From positions 1 through 59,773 of the forward strand of contig JBQLZK010000047.1 in NCBI GenBank assembly GCA_052168235.1: a stretch of 59,773 nucleotides of DNA, read 5' to 3'. Shown piece after piece: positions 33,668-43,687 of this stretch. The notes beneath the pieces are model-generated. The model ran no database searches. It was not told the origin of the DNA and worked only from the letters and a program-made list of their open reading frames with translations. The position numbers were made by a program, and so were the translations under genes. This stretch comes from Thainema sp. (GTDB lineage: Bacteria; Cyanobacteriota; Cyanobacteriia; Phormidesmidales; Phormidesmidaceae). Numbering within the stretch: position 1 is the stretch's first letter; each line of letters starts with the position of its first letter.

Positions 33668-34058
33668 TACAGCATTGTATCAAGAGACACAGACGTTACC
33701 CTGCTAGTTTTTTATTAAACTTTCTGGCGATTTAGCCGAATTCCATAACCTAGTCTCATGAGTTATGGAATTTAGTCTGCTTGAAACATTGCTTTTAGAA
33801 GTCGATATACCGATGTTAATCGCAACTTATCCATTAATCAGGTGGGGAAACCGCACAACTTTGGTTAAATTTCACTCCACCCTGGGTAAGATTTCGTTTG
33901 ACATCTCTATCTTGTATTAAACCCATATCTTTAGCGAAAAGTGACAGGTTGTGCCGGATAAAAAATTGTTGTGCGATCGCAGATGGTGGAGCGTGAGGCG
34001 TGAAGCGTGAGAAAGGTGAGGCAGGCGGTGCCTGCCTTCGTTTGTTTAGGTTGAAAAT

Positions 34059-35147
34059 TTAGGTTGATGATTTGCGTCGGCGTGCGATCGCAAATCCGGC
34101 ACCCAATATGCCTAGAGCTGCCGCCGTTCCGGGTTCTGGCACAGCATAGGGATAGTAGGTGATGCCGATGGAGCGCTGTAGCTGGGGATTAGCATTGGCG
34201 AGTACGACGAAATCAGTGCCACTGCTAGGGTCGTAGCGCAAGATTGAGCCAACGTCGCCATTAAAGAAATCAAACCCAACCGTGTAAAGATTACCGTCTG
34301 GGTCAAATGTCAGACTACCGATAAAGTTATTGCTGGGAGTTGTGCCCGTAAAGTTAGTAGGAAATACCTCTAGTAAATTCGCTGTCTCAAAGTCATAGCG
34401 CAGCAGATCGTTGGCAAAATCGCTAACGTAGAGATCGCCATCATCTGGCCCGATGGCTAGTCCCAAAAAGCTAACAAACCCAAATCCAGCGGGTGACGGA
34501 TCGGGTCGAGTTGCAAAAATTTCACCCTCCCCAGTCGTGATGTCATATTTCAAGATTTGGCTCGGAAAGCCAGCGCTAAAATCGGGTTCCCCATCAACAG
34601 CAACGCTGCCTTGAGTTGTGACATACAGCGAGCCATCTGTTCCAAACAGCAAACCGTTCGGGCCATTGAGTCCAGTGGGTGTAACGCCATCTCCGGTGGC
34701 AAAGACATCGACAAAATCTCCGGTTGTACCGTCATAGCGTAGAATTTCATCGCTTAAGAAACTGCTGACGTAGAGATAACCATCGGGGCCAAAGGCAATG
34801 CCATAGGGACGATACATCCCTCCACCAGTGGCAAATTTGCCAATAAATTCACCTGTTTTGCCGTCAAAGCGAAAAATCGCGGAATTTTCAGGTGTAGTGC
34901 CGCTGCTGATGTATAGATTGCCGTCTGGCCCGTAAATTATTGCATCTGGCCGATCTAACCCAACGCTAGCTGAAATAAATTCTCCCAAAAAGCTGCCGGT
35001 TGTTTCACTGAACAAAACGATATTGCTGGTTTCGGTGTTGCCTACCAGCAAAGCTGCATTGGCATCTAATTGCCCAGCAGTGAGCCCCACTACGCAGCCC
35101 AGACAGAGAGCTGGGGTACTGCGTCGAATGAAAGAGGTGATGTTCAT
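34059..35147 (-). CDS. PEP-CTERM sorted beta-propeller (NHL-like repeat) protein
   Basis: Signal peptide ending ANA, repeated P.GI.FGPDG.LYV units, C-terminal VPEP + TM + RRRK. Confidence 0.92.
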   Translation of the reverse strand: MNITSFIRRSTPALCLGCVVGLTAGQLDANAALLVGNTETSNIVLFSETTGSFLGEFISASVGLDRPDAIIYGPDGNLYISSGTTPENSAIFRFDGKTGEFIGKFATGGGMYRPYGIAFGPDGYLYVSSFLSDEILRYDGTTGDFVDVFATGDGVTPTGLNGPNGLLFGTDGSLYVTTQGSVAVDGEPDFSAGFPSQILKYDITTGEGEIFATRPDPSPAGFGFVSFLGLAIGPDDGDLYVSDFANDLLRYDFETANLLEVFPTNFTGTTPSNNFIGSLTFDPDGNLYTVGFDFFNGDVGSILRYDPSSGTDFVVLANANPQLQRSIGITYYPYAVPEPGTAAALGILGAGFAIARRRKSST

Positions 35148-35272
35148 CAAGATGACGGTGATGAAGTAGAAGGACTCCGTAACGATACTGAAGCGTGGTA
35201 ACACTGGCTGTTTACTGCTGAACAAAGGGCAAGAATTTCATTAAAGATTTACAGTATTTCTCCGTAAAGAGA

Positions 35273-36157
35273 CTAATCTTGCGAATCAATACCAGACTGC
35301 TGACGGATGGCACGTGCGATCGCAGATACGTCCTCATCACCATAACCCTGTGCCATCAAGCCAACTTCAACTTGATCAACATAGGCTGCCACAGGTAGAG
35401 TAACGCCAAACTCCCGTGCAGCTTCTAAAGCAATTTTCAAGTCTTTTTGGTGGAGCCGTACCCGAAAACCCAAGGGATAGGTGTTGTTGATCATGTTGCC
35501 AGAGCGATTGGTCAGTCCCCAGGAACCTGCCGCACCACCCCCCACAGCCTGCACCACCTTATCCATATTCAAGCCAGCTTTCAGTCCCAACGCCATGCCT
35601 TCGGCAATTGACCAGTAGGTGCCCGCGACGATGATTTGGTTAATCGCTTTGGTAATCTGTCCGGCTCCAGTACCGCCCACATGGGTGATCGTTTGGCCCA
35701 TTGCAGATAAGACCGATCTAGCACGCTCTACGTCTGCCGCATCGCCACCAATCATGATCGACAGCGTACCGTTTTTTGCCCCTTCAGAACCTCCGGACAC
35801 GGGCGCATCCAGCATTTTTATCTGGCGAGTGGCCAACTCTGCGGCGATTTGCCGAGTGATAATCGGGCTGATTGTGGACATGTCAATAACCAACGACCCC
35901 GCCTCGGCACCGTGAATCACGCCCTGCTCACCTAGGATTACGGCTTCCACATCGGCACTGTCGCTGACACAGGTGATGATGATTTCCGCACCGACTGATG
36001 CCGCTTGGGGTGTTTCGGCTCGGCTGGCTCCCGCTTCGGCCACGGGCAATTCGCGATCGCGGGTGCGGTTATGCACGGTCACGTCGTGCCCCGCTTGGAG
36101 GAGATTCAGCGCCATCGGTGCGCCCATTGTCCCCATGCCAATAAATGCAACCTTCAC
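35273..36157 (-). CDS. Beta-hydroxyacid dehydrogenase (2-hydroxy-3-oxopropionate reductase / MmsB family)
   Basis: FIGMGTMGAPMA, DAPVSGG, K..NQ, F......KDL; GTG start at 36157. Confidence 0.92.
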   Translation of the reverse strand: MKVAFIGMGTMGAPMALNLLQAGHDVTVHNRTRDRELPVAEAGASRAETPQAASVGAEIIITCVSDSADVEAVILGEQGVIHGAEAGSLVIDMSTISPIITRQIAAELATRQIKMLDAPVSGGSEGAKNGTLSIMIGGDAADVERARSVLSAMGQTITHVGGTGAGQITKAINQIIVAGTYWSIAEGMALGLKAGLNMDKVVQAVGGGAAGSWGLTNRSGNMINNTYPLGFRVRLHQKDLKIALEAAREFGVTLPVAAYVDQVEVGLMAQGYGDEDVSAIARAIRQQSGIDSQD

Positions 36158-36194
36158 GATGATGTCACCTATACTAATCTCGTTAAACACAGCG

Positions 36195-36305
36195 GTAGGG
36201 GCAGGTTTAGCCGATCAATCATGAGTCCTAACCATAAATTGATCAGCAAAACCTGCCCCTACAGTGCAAACCAGATAATAACGAAACCTGCGCCCACAGT
36301 GCAAA
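36195..36305. repeat. GTAG-type REP with a partial second copy
   Basis: GTAGGGGCAGGTTT...AAACCTGCCCCTAC, then AAACCTGCGCCCACAGTGCAAA. Confidence 0.8.
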
Positions 36306-36313
36306 ACGGATCA

Positions 36314-36700
36314 TCACCGTAAGTAGGAGACATGGCGATGGGCCAGTTCCCAGAGTTCGGTGATTAGTCCTTCGATTGCAGGTGCGATCGCACAGACGAA
36401 TACGCCAGAATGCGCTTCGGTGTCGGTAGCGACCCAGGTACCCCGCAGGCTGACCTCGGCATAATCTTCATCCACTGGGGTGATGGATAAAGCTTTGACC
36501 TGCTCTAGCCGAATAGTGGCTTCGAGCATTGACAGCTTCGGCAAATCGGTCGGTAGCAAGAAGGACGCGCCACTAGGCTGCACCTGTAGCTCTTGTCCTA
36601 ACCGCACCGCCAGCACAACCCGCTCCGCCACAAAGGTTTCGAGCGTGTAGTCTAACCGTTCTAAAAATAAATCCGCTTCAACATAGGTCAACTTCAACAT
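36314..36700 (-). CDS. Alr0857 family protein
   Basis: MLKLTY.E..L.LERL...LE....RV.LA.R.G....V.PS.ASFLLP, YAEVSLRGTW. Confidence 0.8.
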   Translation of the reverse strand: MLKLTYVEADLFLERLDYTLETFVAERVVLAVRLGQELQVQPSGASFLLPTDLPKLSMLEATIRLEQVKALSITPVDEDYAEVSLRGTWVATDTEAHSGVFVCAIAPAIEGLITELWELAHRHVSYLR

Positions 36701-36756
36701 GGCTTGTCCATCCCTTACCAAGACGAAGATTTGCTGTGTTGGGAACGAAAGCCAAT

Positions 36757-36791
36757 AAAAAGCCCCCGCTCTGCCAACTGAGATGCGGGGG
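36757..36791 (-). terminator. Terminator-like hairpin upstream of the alr0857-like gene
   Basis: CCCCCGC...GCGGGGG followed by CTTTTT on the minus strand. Confidence 0.65.
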
Positions 36792-36813
36792 AAAGTAGAA
36801 CTGAACGAGAGTT

Positions 36814-37257
36814 CTATGTAGAGGCGACGTATAAACGCCTACTCCCTCCGCCTTTCAATCGGGGTTCTAGTGTTTTGATGCTCGGGCGATCGCTAAATTG
36901 GAGAGCGATGCTCGATAAGCCAGCGTCTAGGCGATCGCGCAAATTGGCCGCATCGGCTGCACAGATCACGCCTGCAATAGTGGCTGCACCTGCCGCTTGA
37001 GCCAGCAGTTCGAGCCGTCTTGCTGCAGTCCTGAGGCTGAGCTGCATCGAGCCATTGCCCAGGAATCTGCTGATGGATCGCATCCAACCTCGATGCGTGC
37101 CGCTCATGACACGGCTGGTTAGATGACCTTCTTGAATGCGCTGTTGGTCGTTGCGATCGCACACACCAAAACAGCCCAATTCCATGCCGCCAACCATGCC
37201 CGTTCGCTGGAGAACGAGCAGATTGAGGAGGTGGAATAAGGGCTGAAAGCGTTTCAT
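36814..37257 (-). CDS. Hypothetical protein
   Basis: 147-aa ORF filling the gap, co-oriented with the alr0857-like gene; no recognisable domain. Confidence 0.5.
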   Translation of the reverse strand: MKRFQPLFHLLNLLVLQRTGMVGGMELGCFGVCDRNDQQRIQEGHLTSRVMSGTHRGWMRSISRFLGNGSMQLSLRTAARRLELLAQAAGAATIAGVICAADAANLRDRLDAGLSSIALQFSDRPSIKTLEPRLKGGGSRRLYVAST

Positions 37258-37812
37258 GGGAAAAGGTTAGTACTTCAGAATAATGTGGACGTTTACTTGA
37301 TTTGAACTTAAATCTTGAAACCGTAAACCTTAAGTGGGCTTATAGCGCAATGAATGCAATGAATGAGACGAGTTTAGATACTGATCAGCAGTCAATCAAA
37401 GGCTTGAATCCGAGTGAATCAACATAAAGTGATTCAAACTGGATGGCGATACTACAAATAATACACAGGTGGTGCAAAATTGTCTATCTTTCTTCCAGCT
37501 TGTTAATCAGTTCACTGACCAACGAATGGCGATCGCAATAGACTTCGTCAACTACAAGATGGTTAATTTCCATTCCGGACGGCAACGGATTTAATTCTAA
37601 AAATCATTTGCAAATCAATTGATAATTCATCAACTTGTCTCAGTAGAATATTAATTCTTAGCGTTTTCTTAATTTTCAGTTAACCAAGTAGTTAGCTGAG
37701 CGCCATCGGCCTAATGCTGATTGGTTCACGGTAAATCCTGAGCCTCTGACAGCAACGCCTGATCGGTCTAGCTGTCAATCCGTGATCGCATCTTGTATTT
37801 GCTCGTACTTGA

Positions 37813-38235
37813 ATGAATGAAGCTGATCCCAATCTACTCTCTGGTTTAAGGATTCTCGTCGTCGATGATGAACCCGTCATTCGAGAATTCGTTGCCCTCA
37901 CGTTAGAAGATGTTGGAGCCACCACTGCGATCGCAGCCTCTGTACCGGAAGCTCTGGCTTATATGGACTCCTTTCGACCAAATGTGGTGATCAGCGATCT
38001 CAAAATGCCCGGTGCTGATGGATTCACGCTCATTCGCGCCATCCAAGCTCAAGCCGCTCAGACTCAAAAAGCAGGACAGGCTGTTGTTGCGATCGCAATG
38101 ACCGCATCCGACAGCACGGACGAACAACAACAAGCCCTCGCCACTGGATTTGCAGAGTATTTGTCTAAGCCGTTTGGTCAGGCGGAATTGATTGAGGCAG
38201 TTCGGAGGGTGAGGGGGAAGGAGGAAGGGCTGTAA
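37813..38235 (+). CDS. Single-domain response regulator
   Basis: ILVVDDE, ISDLKMP..DG, MTA, KPF. Confidence 0.93.
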   Translation: MNEADPNLLSGLRILVVDDEPVIREFVALTLEDVGATTAIAASVPEALAYMDSFRPNVVISDLKMPGADGFTLIRAIQAQAAQTQKAGQAVVAIAMTASDSTDEQQQALATGFAEYLSKPFGQAELIEAVRRVRGKEEGL

Positions 38236-38362
38236 AGGGATTTGAGGCTGTAGAGGCTGTAGCTGTAGAGGGCTGTAAAGGAAGTCGAGAGAGTCGAGGA
38301 AGCTAAGAGATTTGTTGAGGGTTGTAAGACGGTTGTGGAGACTGTCTAGGGAGTCGAGGGTG
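38225..38362. repeat. Degenerate ~9-bp tandem repeats
   Basis: GGCTGTAAA/GGCTGTAGA/GAGTCGAGG-like units just after the response regulator stop. Confidence 0.6.
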
Positions 38363-38504
38363 AGATTAGATGCAGGATTTGTTAAGTTTTCTAAAATAGA
38401 AGCAAGACAAATCACGTTCTACCTAACCAAACCAACTCACCCTTAACTATCAACCATCAACTGCTGACCCACCCCAATCAACTACTTGCTATTAACCATC
38501 ACCC

Positions 38505-38993
38505 ATGACCACAACTCCTACCCCAACCCCAACAACCTCCACTCAACCTCACTCCCCAACCTGGCAAATCAAGCTGCTCTATGACAGTGCATGTCCGCTG
38601 TGTATGCGGGAGGTCAATTTTCTGCAAAAGCGGGATGCCGGACGCGGGTTAGTCAAGTTTGTCGATATTGCTGCCGATGACTACAGTGCGGCTGAGAATG
38701 GCGGCGTTGATTTTGAAACGGCGATGGGCCGAATTCATGCGGTGTTGCCCGATGGCACAGTGATCAAAAACGTAGAAGTCTTTCGCCGAGTGTATGAAAT
38801 TCTCGGTATGGGCTGGGTGTATGCGATTACGAAAGTGCCCGTTCTAGGTGCGATCGCAGATTTTCTTTACGGTATCTGGGCCGACTGGCGCTTGAAACTC
38901 ACTGGACGACCTGACTTGGCGACTATCATGGCCAATCGTCAGCAGCAGTCGGCAGATTGCGATGCCGCCGGACGCTGCCGGATTGAATCGTAA
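38505..38993 (+). CDS. DCC1-like thiol-disulfide oxidoreductase (DUF393)
   Basis: LLYDSACPLC.REV, MGRIHA. Confidence 0.9.
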   Translation: MTTTPTPTPTTSTQPHSPTWQIKLLYDSACPLCMREVNFLQKRDAGRGLVKFVDIAADDYSAAENGGVDFETAMGRIHAVLPDGTVIKNVEVFRRVYEILGMGWVYAITKVPVLGAIADFLYGIWADWRLKLTGRPDLATIMANRQQQSADCDAAGRCRIES

Positions 38994-39085
38994 AGCTTGA
39001 ATCGTAAAGCTTAAAGTTGATTCGCACGACAACTGCTATACCATGACAGAGGCAGCCGCCCGAACAGGTTCAAACGAGGTGCAAC

Positions 39086-39751
39086 ATGACCGCTGATTCC
39101 ACTCTTCACGACGAGTCATTTACCGTGACCGAAAATACGGAAGCCTTGTCTGGGCTAGATGAGGAACAGTACAAACGCAAGATGCAGCGTCGCAAAGAAG
39201 TACAGGATCAGCGGCTAGCCGACAAGATCGAGAAAGGCTTGGTGATTGTCCACACAGGCAACGGTAAGGGAAAGACAACCGCTGCTCTGGGCATGGTGTT
39301 GCGATCGCTGGGTCATGGCTACAATGTTGCCATCGTTCAGTTCATTAAAGGAGCCTGGGAACCTGCCGAAAAGCGGGTATTGGAACACTGGAGCGATCAA
39401 ATTGAGTTCTATGCGATGGGTGAGGGATTCACTTGGGAAACTCAGGATCGGCAGCGAGATACAGATATGGCGCAGGTGGCTTGGCAACAGGCAGCCAAGT
39501 GCATCCGCAATCCAGATTTCCGCACGGTTCTGCTCGACGAAGTTAATGTGGCTCTGAAGCTGGGTTATCTCACTGTGGAGCAGGTGCTAGCTGGCTTAGA
39601 AGATAAACCAACGAATAGCCATATCATTCTGACTGGACGTGGTGCTCCTGCTCCCCTCATTGAACGAGCCGATTTAGTCACGGAAATGAAGCTGGTAAAG
39701 CATCCGTTCCGGGAACAAAACGTGAAAGCTCAGGCCGGAATTGAGTATTGA
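39086..39751 (+). CDS. cobO: Cob(I)yrinic acid a,c-diamide adenosyltransferase
   Basis: TGNGKGKTTAA, QFIKG, LDE, LTGR, ADLVTEM, KHPF, GIEY. Confidence 0.96.
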   Translation: MTADSTLHDESFTVTENTEALSGLDEEQYKRKMQRRKEVQDQRLADKIEKGLVIVHTGNGKGKTTAALGMVLRSLGHGYNVAIVQFIKGAWEPAEKRVLEHWSDQIEFYAMGEGFTWETQDRQRDTDMAQVAWQQAAKCIRNPDFRTVLLDEVNVALKLGYLTVEQVLAGLEDKPTNSHIILTGRGAPAPLIERADLVTEMKLVKHPFREQNVKAQAGIEY

Positions 39752-39894
39752 TGCTCGCTCACCGAAAATTTTATAGATTTAAAATAATGACCTTGCTGGG
39801 CCATGAAACCGCTGTGGGGTTTGAGTTAAGCTGAAGCCACGCAAATATTTTGTCAAGAAATCAATTACTACATTCTTCCTATCCAGAACGCATT

Positions 39895-40776
39895 ATGGGT
39901 AATTCGTTTACAAAAGGTGGGCAGACCGCTTGGTTCCATGACGAGGGCGATCCGGCTGGCGTTTTCCATACCTACGATCCTCTCACCGTTAGGGATGCCC
40001 CCCATAAGGTTCATGTGTTCATCCCGCGAGATTATGAAACCAGCCAAGCACACTATCCCGTCATTTACATGAATGATGGAGATACGGCTTTCTTTCGAGG
40101 TGGCGCAATTAACGAATCTTGGTATCTCGGTTCTGTCTTGAGCGACCTATATCAGGCCAACCAAATACAACCTGTGATCGTCGTAGCTATTCATCCCCGC
40201 GATCGCGAATATGAATATACCCACACTAATATCGGCACCAGTCGCGGCGGCGGCATCGAAGAGTACACAGACTACGTGACGAATCACGTGAAAGCGTTTA
40301 TCGACGGCAACTATCGGACTCAGCCTGATGCGAGCCAAACGCTGATCATCGGCGCATCCCACGGAGGTTTGGCCGCTTATCTAATGGGCATGCTCAACCC
40401 CAAAGTCGTTGGTAATGTTGCCGCATTTTCACCGTCCTTGTGGGTTGGATTAGATTCCAATCCCTTGGCACTACCATTTTTGCGCCCAATCAGCTCGTCT
40501 AAATTGATCCGCTTATCAGAACCGACGCTGAGCCAACCAAATCTCCATCCCAAAATCTATATGGATTGGGGGTTAATTCGCGATGGTCAATTCCACAACA
40601 ATTTCATCGAAGCCCGCACCACCACACGGGGGCGGCAACTGCGCGATTTATTAACTAGCCGATATGGCTATACGCTCAACCAGGATCTGTTTGTCGTGGA
40701 AGACGCACAGGGTGAGCATTCAGAAGTGTCCTGGCATCGTCGTGTACCGGATGTGCTGCGGCTCTTTTTGGGTTAA
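39895..40776 (+). CDS. Alpha/beta hydrolase-fold esterase
   Basis: YPVIYMNDG, GASHGG nucleophile elbow, EHSEVSW. Confidence 0.85.
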   Translation: MGNSFTKGGQTAWFHDEGDPAGVFHTYDPLTVRDAPHKVHVFIPRDYETSQAHYPVIYMNDGDTAFFRGGAINESWYLGSVLSDLYQANQIQPVIVVAIHPRDREYEYTHTNIGTSRGGGIEEYTDYVTNHVKAFIDGNYRTQPDASQTLIIGASHGGLAAYLMGMLNPKVVGNVAAFSPSLWVGLDSNPLALPFLRPISSSKLIRLSEPTLSQPNLHPKIYMDWGLIRDGQFHNNFIEARTTTRGRQLRDLLTSRYGYTLNQDLFVVEDAQGEHSEVSWHRRVPDVLRLFLG

Positions 40777-40877
40777 GGATTGTGGATTAAATAACCTATA
40801 AACCGTTTCATCTGTAGGGACACGGCAATGCCGTGTCCCTACCTCAAAGATTTCACCTTATTAAATCCGCCTTCCTA
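40775..40877. repeat. MITE-like element containing a GTAG REP hairpin
   Basis: Imperfect ends AAGGATTGTGGATTAAATAA / TTATTAAATCCGCCTTCCT; inner GTAGGGACACGGCA-A-TGCCGTGTCCCTAC at 40814-40842. Confidence 0.75.
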
Positions 40878-41078
40878 AGCAATTGTCGCAATTTTGATTA
40901 ACTGTAATCTTGATTAACCGTCACGATTAACCGTCACAGTTAATTAAGAGTTTACGTTAGCTGAAGTTTATCGAACTTCTAGTGAACATATCAGCCAGTT
41001 CGTTCATTCTTTTTGCGGTTAAGTCAGTATTGAGTTGTCCGATGATATACGTACTCTCTATAGTGAACCTCCTATAAA

Positions 41079-41117
41079 GAAACAGCCCCCGATCCACACA
41101 GGATCGGGGGCTGTTTC
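41079..41117. repeat. Perfect palindrome, 17-bp arms
   Basis: GAAACAGCCCCCGATCC-ACACA-GGATCGGGGGCTGTTTC. Confidence 0.9.
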
Positions 41118-41245
41118 GATCTGTTAAGCCAGTTGCCATCAGCACTGTGGGATTCCAAAGCAGAGCGATACAATACGGTCACGGTAATATTGTCTAGATT
41201 TCAGCCAATCCGCTCGTCACTCGTCTTGGCGACCTAAGCTATCCT

Positions 41246-43687
41246 ATGACTTCGCGCTTCCCACTGCGTCTTCGAATTCAGCAGATCGAAACCGTATGCA
41301 CCTTCGAACTGGCCTGGGGATACGGACAGCATATATCGGCTACACTGCCCTATCCGGCACAGCTCACGTCGCTCTATCAAGAATGGCACCGTAGCTATCT
41401 TAATTTTTATAAATCTCTGAATCGAGCGATTCAGCCGTCCCCAGAAGCAGATAACGATTCCAGTTTGCGGGGACGCGCTGTCAGTACCGGAAATTTCGCT
41501 GCACCGATGGTCGATTGGCATCGCCAACTGGTACAGGCGGAAGCGAAACTGCTCGATGCGTTTCACCATTGGCTACGTAGTGCAGAACTGTTTGACATTC
41601 GCTCCACGATTGCTCAGCAGCGCCGCCAGTTAACTGAGCCGCATCTGGACTTGTTTTTAACCTGTACGCCACTGGAAATGGCACGTTTTCCTTGGGAAAC
41701 CTGGGATTTGGGGCAGGAGTTTGGTCTGTCCGACTCGATTCGAATTGTGCGGGCTCCTGCAAATATTCATGCGGATGCCGCCGTCACGCACGTTCGCCGC
41801 ATGAAGCCTCGCATTCTAGTCATCTTGGGCGACAACACCGGGCTAGATTTTCAGGTTGAGCAGACAGCCGTGCGATCGCTAAATCGGCTGGCCAATGTTC
41901 ACTTCATCCATTGGCAAGTTGGGCAGTCTGCCACGGATTGGAAAGCTAAAATTTGCCACACGATTGCCGATCCGAAAGGTTGGGATATCCTGTTTTTTGC
42001 CGGACACAGCAACGAGTCTGCGAGTACCGGAGGAGAAATCAGCATTGCACCCGGAGTTGCGATCGCAATTCGCGAACTTGCGCCTCATCTGCAAACGGCC
42101 AAGGTCAACGGTTTACGATTTGCTCTGTTCAACTCCTGTAGCGGCTTGCACCTGGCCGAATCGCTGATCGATTTGGGATTAAGCCAAGTAGCGGTGATGC
42201 GGGAACCGATCCACAACCAGGTGGCACAGGTCTTTTTGGCGCAGTTTTTGGCGGCTTTGGCTGGCCATAACGATGTCCATGATGCGCTACTGGCCGCCTG
42301 TACCCATCTGCGACACCAGCAAAATTTAGCGTATCCGTCAGCCTCTCTAGTGCCTTCGCTGTTCCGCCATCCAGGTTCCACCCTGTTTCAGCTCCAGCCT
42401 ATTGGCTGGAAGAAGCGACTGGTTAATTTTGCGCCTAAACCGTGGGAAGCCGTTGCGATCGCACTGCTGCTTGGCATCAGTTGGCCGCTGCCTGTCCAGT
42501 CCTGGCTCACCCATCAGCGGTTACTCACCCAATCCGTCTACCGTCACGTCACTCAGCAAATTCCTCAGACCGCTCCACCCATTCTGCTGGTTCAAATTGA
42601 CAATCCATCCCTAATTGCAGACGGTATCAGCAATCCGCGTCCGATTGACCGCACCTATCTGGCCCGTCTCATCGACCAAGCAGCTCAGCTGGAGATTAAC
42701 GTCATCGGCTTGGACTATGTTCTGGATCGCCCCCAAGCAGAAGCCGATCCTATCTTGGATCAGTCCGTCAAGATGGCAACCAAAGAACATGGAGCATGGC
42801 TCATCCAAGCTGCCGTCAAAGACGATACTGGCACCTGGCTACCGATTGGGTCAGAAGCGACCCAGCAGGACGAAAAATGGTTCGGCGATATTCGCATGTG
42901 GGGGGAAGGGCTGTATGTGCCGATTCTGCCACGCAGTCCCAAACCCCTGCCGTTGGGGCATCTAATGGCCTTAGCGCACCAGTTGCGCGGTGAGCAGCCC
43001 GATTTGTCTCCCAGCGCGTTTGCACAGATGACGCAGACCGATCAGAACATTCAGATTGCTCAAACCCTATCATCTCGCGCTGTTCTGTCGGACATTACCC
43101 TATGGTCGTATGCCTGGAAGCAGTTTTGGCTCCAGCCGATCACTGATTTTTCGATTCCGCCCCAGCAGGTATATCAGCGGATTCCCTCGGCCCAGTTTTT
43201 GCGGCTGTCCCCTGCAGATTTTGAGCAGCAGTATGGACAGCGAACAATTTTGATTATGCCCGGTGGCTATGAAGAAGCGGGAGTAGACGCAATGGGCGCA
43301 GATAATCTGTCGCTGCCACCCGCCACCCGCTACTGGCGGCAAGCACAAAATCCACCCGATCCACGCTGGTTGATGCCAGGGGGAGAAGTCCATGCCTACA
43401 TCATGTCTGGGTTACTGAATCATAAGTTAATCGTGCCGCTTCCGGATTTGTGGCTGGTGGGGCTGTTTCTCGTATTAGGAAAAGCGATCGCAGTTTACAT
43501 CGAACGTGATCCAACCCATCGCCACCGCTGGCGGATGATAACTGTAGCGGGTTTAGGCACTTACGGATTGTTCAGCCTTCAGCTATTTGTGAGCGCTGGC
43601 ATCTTACTACCGTGGCTGCTGCCCAGTTTGGCGATGGGGCTCTATGTGTTTCCTCTGCCCCCTTTTCAACGGAAGACTTATGGTTAA
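41246..43687 (+). CDS. CHAT (caspase-like) domain + CHASE2 sensor membrane protein
   Basis: FPWE, FFAGHS, LFNSCSG in the N-terminal half; TM; ILLVQID...R..LARLID...VIGLDYVLD and PGGEVHA (CHASE2); three C-terminal TMs. Confidence 0.85.
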   Translation: MTSRFPLRLRIQQIETVCTFELAWGYGQHISATLPYPAQLTSLYQEWHRSYLNFYKSLNRAIQPSPEADNDSSLRGRAVSTGNFAAPMVDWHRQLVQAEAKLLDAFHHWLRSAELFDIRSTIAQQRRQLTEPHLDLFLTCTPLEMARFPWETWDLGQEFGLSDSIRIVRAPANIHADAAVTHVRRMKPRILVILGDNTGLDFQVEQTAVRSLNRLANVHFIHWQVGQSATDWKAKICHTIADPKGWDILFFAGHSNESASTGGEISIAPGVAIAIRELAPHLQTAKVNGLRFALFNSCSGLHLAESLIDLGLSQVAVMREPIHNQVAQVFLAQFLAALAGHNDVHDALLAACTHLRHQQNLAYPSASLVPSLFRHPGSTLFQLQPIGWKKRLVNFAPKPWEAVAIALLLGISWPLPVQSWLTHQRLLTQSVYRHVTQQIPQTAPPILLVQIDNPSLIADGISNPRPIDRTYLARLIDQAAQLEINVIGLDYVLDRPQAEADPILDQSVKMATKEHGAWLIQAAVKDDTGTWLPIGSEATQQDEKWFGDIRMWGEGLYVPILPRSPKPLPLGHLMALAHQLRGEQPDLSPSAFAQMTQTDQNIQIAQTLSSRAVLSDITLWSYAWKQFWLQPITDFSIPPQQVYQRIPSAQFLRLSPADFEQQYGQRTILIMPGGYEEAGVDAMGADNLSLPPATRYWRQAQNPPDPRWLMPGGEVHAYIMSGLLNHKLIVPLPDLWLVGLFLVLGKAIAVYIERDPTHRHRWRMITVAGLGTYGLFSLQLFVSAGILLPWLLPSLAMGLYVFPLPPFQRKTYG

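Noticed and set aside
37903..38415. 170-aa ORF with LDSLDSL repeats
   Set aside because: Arises from the 9-bp tandem repeats plus the antisense of the response regulator.
39000..39086. Cobalamin riboswitch before cobO
   Set aside because: Intergenic space is under 100 bp and has no B12-box.
40893..40945. Three GATTAACYGT-like direct repeats
   Set aside because: Short and irregularly spaced; cannot tell a binding site from slippage duplication.
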